From positions 1-64,000 of the IMG/VR virus record IMGVR_UViG_3300044678_003030: a DNA stretch of 64,000 bases. One strand, given 5' to 3'. Under the pieces are notes generated by a model. The model did no database searches. It saw only the letters and a program-made list of their open reading frames with translations, and was not told the DNA's origin. The stretch is from a virus. Every line of letters starts with the position of its first letter. The first letter of the stretch is position 1. The position numbers and the translations under genes were made by a program. Shown piece by piece: positions 54,314 to 64,000 of this stretch.

Positions 54314-56182
54314 TCAGGACAGGAGTAGCGCACCAAGCGCGCCGCTGAAGTCGTCGAGCGATAGGGTAGGCGGTTCGGTCGAGTCTTCTGCCTGCTTCTC
54401 CCAGCGCTCGAAGTGATCATCGGCGAGATCTGAGATGCGGGTGCGGCGTCGCATCTCTGCGGCCATGTTCCCGCTGTGGCATTGCGCCGGCAGCCGCTCG
54501 GCGTAGTCCGAGGCAAACTTGGCCAGGACGGAGGCCAGCTTGAACTCGGTTCCCCCGGAGACGCGGACGCCTTGGTCGGTCAGGTACGCCGGGTTCCGGT
54601 ACGGGCGAGCGGCGCGTAGAACGTGAGGGGCGGTCACTGCGCCAAGTCCGATTCCACCGAGCGTAGAAGCCACGGGGTTCACGCCGCCGAGCCCGTAGAG
54701 CCCGAGCCCGTAGAGGGCTGACAACCCGACCGTCGTACCTACGAGACCCTTCATGTCTTCGTGGTTGGCGCGCATGGCGGCGCCACGGGTCGTCGTGTAG
54801 CGGTGCCCCGTATTCGGGTCCGTCATCGATAGGAGATCGGTCCTCGGCGGTTCTTGCGCAGAGGTCAGATAGCCGGGTCCGAGAGGAGGGTCGACCGTCT
54901 GGTTCACGCGCTGCTTGAGCCAGTCGTCCATCGAGGCGAGCTTGGCTTCGACCTCTGCGGACGGGCGCCTCGGGTCGATGGTCACATAGGCCCCGAGCTC
55001 TTCGGCGAGCTTCGGGTATCGCCCCATGATCGAGAGCACGGACGGCTGGAGCGTGACCATCCTGTCGAGCAAACGAGCAGAAGGGATCACGCCTGCGGTC
55101 TTGCGCAGGAAGACGCGCGCGAACTCGCTCGCCGTGAGAGACGCGTTCTTGGACGCGAGCGTCGAGAGCAGGGCGTCGAACGGCAAGCCAGCGAGGTCAG
55201 CGACTTGCGCCTCAGTCGCGCTAACCGGAGCCTTGAGGGGCACGGTCTGCCGGTACTGGCGGATCGCCTGGATGTCGGGCGCTGTACGGACAGCCTCGAT
55301 GTCTCCCGCGATCTCCTTCTGGATGTCGGAGACCTTGTTTACGGCCGCTCGCTTGGCTTCGTAGTCGGCAACCTTTTCACCGAGTGAAGCTCCTGTACGG
55401 ATCACGTACGCATCCTCGGCGACCTTCTTGAGCATGAACCCTGTGCGGTCTGCCGGGCGCCACACGAAGGAGATGTCGAAGAAGCTCGGTGATGGGTTGA
55501 GCGCGCAGTTCCTGATCCCCGTCGCCGGATCGATCTGGCGCATCGCCGAGCGGAGGTGCTCGCAGTAGTCCTTGCGGGTCGGGGCTCGGTGTCCGCACTT
55601 GGCGCACACGTCCCAACGGACGTTGCAGCCCATCGACACAGCCGGGAATTCACCTGCGTTGATCTTGCCGACGAGCTCAGGGTCGAGGCGATTCCTGATC
55701 TCCAGCAGGAGCTCGCTCCGGTGCATGGAGCTGTTCCAGAACGCCTTCTCGATTCGACCGAGCGACTTGCGGGGGTCCTTGTTGACGTGGTGCTTGTAGA
55801 TCCCGCCACGTGTCTCGAAGGTCTTGTAGTGCTGGGTGACAACTTCGTCCGGGGAGATCCAACCTTCGAGGTTGCGCGGTTGACACCCTGGATGGCCACA
55901 GGTTGCCCGCTCTCCCACGCGGTAGGTGCGCTCCGGGAAGGCGTCGCCGTTGCGGTTGTCATCGTAGTACTCGTAGGCGCCGAACGCGTTGACGAGGACG
56001 ATCGTGCATCCTTCGCGAGGGGTGACCGTCTTGATGTAGTCGAACGCCTCAGACGCGGTCTTTTCGGACGAACCCGGACGTTCGGTGTACCAACGGCCCT
56101 TCTCAGAACGAGCGATGACGCGCAGCGTCGGTTCGCCGGTCTTGGGGAAGTAGTCGTCGAGCTCGATGATTTTGGTGAACAT
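54314..56182 (-). CDS. prohead maturation protease (with zinc ribbon and C-terminal extensions)
   Basis: NRNGDAF, YKHHVN, SLGRIE, VSMGC (catalytic Ser), CAKC...CEH, FFDISFV.RPAD. Confidence 0.85.
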   Translation of the reverse strand: MFTKIIELDDYFPKTGEPTLRVIARSEKGRWYTERPGSSEKTASEAFDYIKTVTPREGCTIVLVNAFGAYEYYDDNRNGDAFPERTYRVGERATCGHPGCQPRNLEGWISPDEVVTQHYKTFETRGGIYKHHVNKDPRKSLGRIEKAFWNSSMHRSELLLEIRNRLDPELVGKINAGEFPAVSMGCNVRWDVCAKCGHRAPTRKDYCEHLRSAMRQIDPATGIRNCALNPSPSFFDISFVWRPADRTGFMLKKVAEDAYVIRTGASLGEKVADYEAKRAAVNKVSDIQKEIAGDIEAVRTAPDIQAIRQYRQTVPLKAPVSATEAQVADLAGLPFDALLSTLASKNASLTASEFARVFLRKTAGVIPSARLLDRMVTLQPSVLSIMGRYPKLAEELGAYVTIDPRRPSAEVEAKLASMDDWLKQRVNQTVDPPLGPGYLTSAQEPPRTDLLSMTDPNTGHRYTTTRGAAMRANHEDMKGLVGTTVGLSALYGLGLYGLGGVNPVASTLGGIGLGAVTAPHVLRAARPYRNPAYLTDQGVRVSGGTEFKLASVLAKFASDYAERLPAQCHSGNMAAEMRRRTRISDLADDHFERWEKQAEDSTEPPTLSLDDFSGALGALLLS

Positions 56183-57606
56183 CAGAAGACCGGCGCCGAG
56201 TACGCCTTGACGCGGTCAGAGAGCTGGTCGACGTCTTGCGCAGTGAGCTGCCCCTTGCCCCATCCGAGCATGTCGAGCGGTAGGTCCTTGTTCCCGGCGT
56301 TGAAGTGGTCCATCAGGCGTTGACGGTTGCCAGGGTCGCTGAAGATCTTGCTTGCGGGGGACAAGCTGCCAAGGTCTTCAGCCGCCCGGCTGAGCAGGTC
56401 GTACTGCCGCTGTGCCTGCCGTGTCTTGGACAGGGCCTGAGCCGCCTCCAGCGTCCGCTGGTCCATGAGCTCCTTGACGACTTGCCCACCGACCGCGCCG
56501 AGGGGCATACCCAGGAGCCCACCCATCGCAGCGCCGCGCAGCCGGTTGTCCTTGTCGTCCCACGCGCCGATGCCCGCGCCTCCGACCGCACCGATTCCCG
56601 CTCCGATGACACGGGGGTCGGTGTAGAAAGAGGCGGGGATGCCTGCGGTCTTCGGCTGAGCTTGTGCCGTCTTGAGCGGCCACATCTCGCGAAAGCTCTC
56701 CAGGTCTTCATCAGAGACCCGATCTCGGGGGTCACGGAGTGACGCCGCGAGGCGGCGATAACGTTCTGCGTCTCCCCCTTCCAGGCCGCCGAAGTAGCTG
56801 TCTTGGATATCGGGATGCCGCAACATCACGGTTTCGGGGTCGATCGTTTCATGGAGCGTTGCCCCTGGAAGATGTGCTTGAAGCTGCGCGAGGTCGAACG
56901 GAACGGGGGGCGCGGGCGGCGGCGCGGGCGGCGCCTTCTTGCCCCTGAACCAGTCGAGCATCCCTGCGGTCTTCTCCGCCTCGCGGGTGAGGTAGCAGAG
57001 GTCGTCGATCGCTGCCTCGGCCGAGAGCGTGGCGAGCTTCTCGGCCTCTTGCTCGGTGACCTCTCCCTTCGCGCGCAGATCGGCGATCTTGGCGTCGACG
57101 AGGTAGTTGCTCGCGAAGCTGCGCGCAGCCTCTTCTCGCTCTTCACGGGACGAAGCGGTCTTGGTGCCGGTGCGCTCGGTCTCGCTCCAAACACGCAGCG
57201 CTTCACCAGCAAGCCATTGCACGGGGTCGTTTGTACGCGCTGCGGCGATCTTCATCCGCTCCCACAGGCCCCGCTGCTCAGCGGCGACGGTCGTGCGGTA
57301 GCCCACTGAGGCGGTCTTCTCCTGTGCGCCCAGAAGAACTTTCACGGCGTGAAAGTCTGGCGTGAAGCTCTCGGCTTCCGCGAGCTTCGAGTCACCGCAC
57401 AGTGACCGCATGTCGTCGAACCCGGCTGCGAGCGCAGCCTCCTTGGTGATGTCTCCACTGATTGTCTCGCCGAGGTAGCGAGCCACGCTCGGGAGGTCCC
57501 ATGAGTCCGGGGCGTTGACGTCTCCCGTGTGACGAAGGTACTCCGTCGCGAACTTGGGGAAGCCGAAGACACGAATGGCCTCTCCGGCCTTGCGGTAGGG
57601 GTGCAT
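56182..57606 (-). CDS. K-x-A head protein with a C-terminal glycine zipper
   Basis: About 11 K-x-A sites; GAGIGAVGGAGIG. Confidence 0.7.
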   Translation of the reverse strand: MHPYRKAGEAIRVFGFPKFATEYLRHTGDVNAPDSWDLPSVARYLGETISGDITKEAALAAGFDDMRSLCGDSKLAEAESFTPDFHAVKVLLGAQEKTASVGYRTTVAAEQRGLWERMKIAAARTNDPVQWLAGEALRVWSETERTGTKTASSREEREEAARSFASNYLVDAKIADLRAKGEVTEQEAEKLATLSAEAAIDDLCYLTREAEKTAGMLDWFRGKKAPPAPPPAPPVPFDLAQLQAHLPGATLHETIDPETVMLRHPDIQDSYFGGLEGGDAERYRRLAASLRDPRDRVSDEDLESFREMWPLKTAQAQPKTAGIPASFYTDPRVIGAGIGAVGGAGIGAWDDKDNRLRGAAMGGLLGMPLGAVGGQVVKELMDQRTLEAAQALSKTRQAQRQYDLLSRAAEDLGSLSPASKIFSDPGNRQRLMDHFNAGNKDLPLDMLGWGKGQLTAQDVDQLSDRVKAYSAPVF

Positions 57607-58232
57607 TACTGGCCTCCGATTTCGCCGCGCCCTTGGCGCACAGTCTTCTCGATGTCGGCGAGGGACTTGGCGGTTGCGAAGTCGAGCTGGCCGCCGATCG
57701 TGGCTCCCTGGTTGAGGAAGTTCTGAGTGACCAGCGGGTCCATCGCGAGCGAGGGGGCGTAGGTCTTGAACGACCCGTACAGGCGCCGAATCATCTCAGG
57801 GTTCTCTCGGTGGATTCTGGCGAGCTCAGGGTCCATACCCAGGACCTCGTCAAACACCTTGCGCTGCTTGGGCTCGGTGTAGAGCTTCTTCTTGAGCACC
57901 GACTGAAGAGCGTTGAACGGGCGCTTGATGCCGATGTCGGCGACCGCATTGGCGAGCGCGCCTGTTGCGACGTCCTGGAACTTCGGAGCAGCGGCAGCAA
58001 ACGTGAGAGGAGAACCCTCGCTCACGTCCGCCAGCTTGCGGGTTGCAAACGCCTCGTGGCTCTGCTTGACGGTCAACTTGGGCAGCGCCGCTGTCATGTC
58101 GTGTCGCCTTGCGTTTGAGAGATCGAGCATTCGAGCCTCTTGCTCATCTTGCACCTTGCCGCTGCGCACGACCGCCGCAGCGGCTGTCGCAGCCAGCGCT
58201 GCGGGCACGAGTCGGTTGGTGGTCGTTGCCAT
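57606..58232 (-). CDS. head-associated protein
   Basis: Coupled ORF; RKLAD; APSLAMDP. Confidence 0.65.
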   Translation of the reverse strand: MATTTNRLVPAALAATAAAAVVRSGKVQDEQEARMLDLSNARRHDMTAALPKLTVKQSHEAFATRKLADVSEGSPLTFAAAAPKFQDVATGALANAVADIGIKRPFNALQSVLKKKLYTEPKQRKVFDEVLGMDPELARIHRENPEMIRRLYGSFKTYAPSLAMDPLVTQNFLNQGATIGGQLDFATAKSLADIEKTVRQGRGEIGGQ

Positions 58233-59083
58233 CAGGACCTGCACCACACATCGAACTCTTGCTTGAGCTTGTCACGCTCGGCGCAGAGCGACTCGTAGTG
58301 GCTTCGACCCTCTTCGTGCTCGACACGCGCCTTGGTCGCGACCTTGAGCAGAGAGGTCATCGTATTCGGCTTGCCGTCGGGGATTCGCTCGATGAGCGCT
58401 GCGACTTTTTCCTGCGGCAGATCAATCGCGCTGTGGCACGCCCGAGTGAGGGCGACGTTGAGGTCAGGGAGGGAGTCCCCGCCGAGCACCGCGAGCGCGT
58501 TCTTGCAGAAGCCGTCGAGGTCGCGGTTCAACGGCCTGAGGTGGAAGGAGACGCGGTCGACAGCATCGGTCCAGCGCTGTTCGAGCGAGCCGAGCTTGAT
58601 CTTGAGCTCGTGAGCAGCCTTCTCGGCCTTGTGGTAGCGGATGTCGAGCGGGATCTCTGCGGGGATGTAGCGAGCGGCGCGACGCGCGTCCTCTTCGTAG
58701 GACGCGGTCTTGATCGACGCCGACACGACCACATCTTCACGCAGCCGCGCCATCTCGTCTGGCAGGTCTGGATAGGAGTGGGAGTCCGACGCGGTCTTGG
58801 TCGCGGCGTCGTCGAAGAGCCGCCCGATGACGACCACTTCATCGGCGACAGGGAACGCAACGTTCTTGTCGCCGCCTTGAATCGACGCGAACTTCGACTC
58901 GAAGGTGTGCACGTTCACGGCCCGGCAGAGCCGGCGAACTTGCTCCTCGTTGAGGCTTTCGTCACGAGCGGTCTTGGTGACCAGCTCATTGAGGTCTGCG
59001 CCGTTCTGCCCTTGCCCGGCTTCGTAGGCCGAAGCGAGCTCGGCAGCCTTCGCATCGAACAGCGAGTTCGTCCACGTTGCCAT
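58232..59083 (-). CDS. K-x-A head/core protein
   Basis: TKTAR, SKFAS, TKTAS, IKTAS, EKAAH, EKVAA, LKVAT. Confidence 0.7.
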   Translation of the reverse strand: MATWTNSLFDAKAAELASAYEAGQGQNGADLNELVTKTARDESLNEEQVRRLCRAVNVHTFESKFASIQGGDKNVAFPVADEVVVIGRLFDDAATKTASDSHSYPDLPDEMARLREDVVVSASIKTASYEEDARRAARYIPAEIPLDIRYHKAEKAAHELKIKLGSLEQRWTDAVDRVSFHLRPLNRDLDGFCKNALAVLGGDSLPDLNVALTRACHSAIDLPQEKVAALIERIPDGKPNTMTSLLKVATKARVEHEEGRSHYESLCAERDKLKQEFDVWCRS

Positions 59084-59094
59084 ACGAGCAAAGC

Positions 59095-59799
59095 CTAGTC
59101 CTTGAGACCGGCGATCTCGTTGATGTTGACGCTGGCCTGCTCGGGCGTCTTTGTCTCGTCGACGAGGTGCAAGGCCAGTTTGATCGCGTGCGCAGCGTTG
59201 TCGCCATGGCTCGCGCTCTTCTCGTTCACGAGGGCGGCGGCGCGCAATAGCTCGGGGGCGAGCCGCAATGCGGCTTGTGCCTTGGTGGTTTCAATGTCCA
59301 GCCCTCGGTTGTCGAGGAAGCGGACGTAGAGGTCACCGAGGACAGCGCGCATGACCTCTTTGGGGTCAACAGGCTTGCGGTCGCCCACGCGAAACTTGTC
59401 CGCGAGGAATGTGGGTCCTTGTTGCGTAGCGCTGAGGTAGTACTGCCTCTGGTCATCAGTGCAGTTGACTGATCGTGCGTACGCGTAGACGTCGAGCGCG
59501 TGCCGGAACACGGAGACGTCAAAGAAGAGGTGCCGATAAACATCCGTCACGACTTCCGGTAGGTCCAGGGCGTCACGCAGGACCGCGTTGCTCGCCTTGC
59601 CCAGGAGCAGCGCATCGACGATGTGCCGGTACTCTGGCGATACGTAGATGAGGTAGGCGTCCTCGATGTGAGCGATCAGCGACGTGTCGCCGGCCGTTTT
59701 CACGAGGTGAAAAAGGGCGCTTTCCCTGGGATCGGTGCTCTCACATACGGGTGAGGAGAGCACCGATTGGGCGCGATGATCAGGCGATCGCCGGGGCAT
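59095..59799 (-). CDS. conserved hypothetical protein of the head module
   Basis: YRHLFFDVSVF motif; VKTAG, EKSAS. Confidence 0.65.
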   Translation of the reverse strand: MPRRSPDHRAQSVLSSPVCESTDPRESALFHLVKTAGDTSLIAHIEDAYLIYVSPEYRHIVDALLLGKASNAVLRDALDLPEVVTDVYRHLFFDVSVFRHALDVYAYARSVNCTDDQRQYYLSATQQGPTFLADKFRVGDRKPVDPKEVMRAVLGDLYVRFLDNRGLDIETTKAQAALRLAPELLRAAALVNEKSASHGDNAAHAIKLALHLVDETKTPEQASVNINEIAGLKD

Positions 59800-59803
59800 C
59801 GGC

Positions 59804-62605
<2,802 letters not shown>

Positions 62606-62633
62606 GCCGTGAACTTGGTGCGCGGAGGCTTGA

Positions 62634-64000
62634 TCAGCCCGTGGCGAGGAGCTCGCGCAGGCGAGAGTCGCGGTTGGACGGGGGAGCCGCGAGGATCTGC
62701 TGGAGTGCAGCGACCTTCTGCGACTCGGTCCAGCCGACCGGGAGCGCGCTGCCGTAGGCGGCGGCGACCTTGCTGAAGGACGCCATGTAGCTCGCGTCCG
62801 CAGCCTTCTTGTCTTCGCGCGCGACGACGTTGTCGGCGTTGACGAAGGGCACGCCGGCGCGCGGAGCCTGGACGACAGTCTCCGGGGTCGACGGTGCGCT
62901 CACGGGAGCCTTGCCCTGCGCGTTCTCGGCGTAGCCTGCGGGGCGCTGCTGCTTCTCCACCGCCGCGAGCTCGTCCGTCTTTGCGGCGTCGGCGACCGTG
63001 TTGGGGCCGTGCGGGGTGAGCGAGCCAGCTCCGGCGAGCTTGAGCTTCGAGGCGAAGGTCTGCGGGTTGCGACGCGCAGCAGCGGTCTTCGCGAACTCGG
63101 TCTTGACGAGCCACCGCGTCTCAGCCGAGGCGCACTTGGTGAGCGCATCGCGGTTGTCGGCGAACACACTGCGCAGGAGCGCGCTGGCGTCGGCGGCGGT
63201 CTTCGCGACGTGCGCGACGTGCGCGAGCACCTCCTGCCCCTGCGGGTGGTCCATGAGCCCGGCGACGGCAGCCTGGGACTCATCGTCCTCGGGGGCGAGG
63301 GACTTGAGCTTCTCCCAGATCATCTGGAGCAGCGCGGTCTGCTCGTCAGCGGGCGCCCCTTCGGCGGGCATGGGCGGCTCCGCGTCAGTCAGACCTTCGG
63401 CCGGGTTGCCGTCCCCGAACTCCGTGTCCTCACCACCGGCCAGCTTGTTGCCGAGCGCCGCAGCGGCGAGCTTGGTCGCCTGCCGCTCCGCCTTGTAGGC
63501 GTTGTAGTTGACGCTCGCGACCTTGGCGTACTCGCGAGCGGTGCTCGCGACAGCCGGGACCTGCTTGGCGATCTGCTCGTCGGTCGCGATCTTGATCAGC
63601 CGATCCGCGAGGAAGCCGATCACACCGGCCTGCGGCGCCTTGCCCATGGACGCAACCTTGACGAGCGCGTCCTGGTCCTCCTTCTTGAGCGTCGCCATCG
63701 CGGCCTTGACGTGCGCGTCGTTGAGCGCCGCGAACACGGGCGTCATGAACCCAGCAGCGGCGACCTTGGCCACGCGCTCCTCCACACCGGCCTGCTTGAG
63801 CCCCACGTAGAGGCGCTCGGCGGCGGCCTTGGCGCTCTGGTCAGTGAGCGAGTTCGCGATCATCGGCGAGATCTCTGGCCGGGCCGGGTCAGCGATTTCC
63901 TTGGGGCCGGTGATGCCAGGAGCAGGGAGAAGCGTGTCGGCGCCCTGCGGCTGCTCGGCGTAGCCGACGGGGCGTTGCGAGATCTCCAGGGCCGCCATCG
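62634..64000 (-). CDS. Ala-rich K-x-A head/core protein (5' end outside the window)
   Basis: More than 12 K-[VILTC]-A sites; internal repeat QRPVGYAE/QRPAGYAE. Confidence 0.75.
   Translation of the reverse strand, partial: MAALEISQRPVGYAEQPQGADTLLPAPGITGPKEIADPARPEISPMIANSLTDQSAKAAAERLYVGLKQAGVEERVAKVAAAGFMTPVFAALNDAHVKAAMATLKKEDQDALVKVASMGKAPQAGVIGFLADRLIKIATDEQIAKQVPAVASTAREYAKVASVNYNAYKAERQATKLAAAALGNKLAGGEDTEFGDGNPAEGLTDAEPPMPAEGAPADEQTALLQMIWEKLKSLAPEDDESQAAVAGLMDHPQGQEVLAHVAHVAKTAADASALLRSVFADNRDALTKCASAETRWLVKTEFAKTAAARRNPQTFASKLKLAGAGSLTPHGPNTVADAAKTDELAAVEKQQRPAGYAENAQGKAPVSAPSTPETVVQAPRAGVPFVNADNVVAREDKKAADASYMASFSKVAAAYGSALPVGWTESQKVAALQQILAAPPSNRDSRLRELLATG

Overview
The window is a 64-kb slice of a large, high-GC (roughly 65%) lytic myovirus, probably a jumbo phage; the host cannot be named from sequence alone. 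1-7.6 kb is a leftward train of small genes starting from a 556-aa protein with a Myb/SANT-like C-terminus. 7.5-8.6 kb is a long imperfect inverted repeat around a partly AT-rich core, possibly an origin. 9-38 kb holds accessory genes: SAM methyltransferase, metallophosphoesterase, GroES, thymidine kinase, Zn peptidases, ubiquitin-like and bL12-like domains, a tRNA-like RNA, promoter-gene-terminator cassettes and an amidase endolysin. 39.8-64 kb is a leftward morphogenesis block: spike, tube, sheath, neck, major capsid, decoration, prohead protease and many head-associated proteins. Three patterns stand out. (1) A 13-bp palindrome TTCAC-N3-GTGAA occurs 30 times, about every 2 kb, in both coding and intergenic DNA. 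(2) A K-x-A motif saturates the head proteins and also separates the enzyme modules of a 1336-aa polyprotein and several glycine-zipper/peptidase proteins, suggesting a protease-matured cargo system packaged in the capsid. (3) There are two promoter classes, AAA-N15/16-GGTATAAG and leaderless TANNNT. All protein calls are from motif recognition by eye, without database searches.
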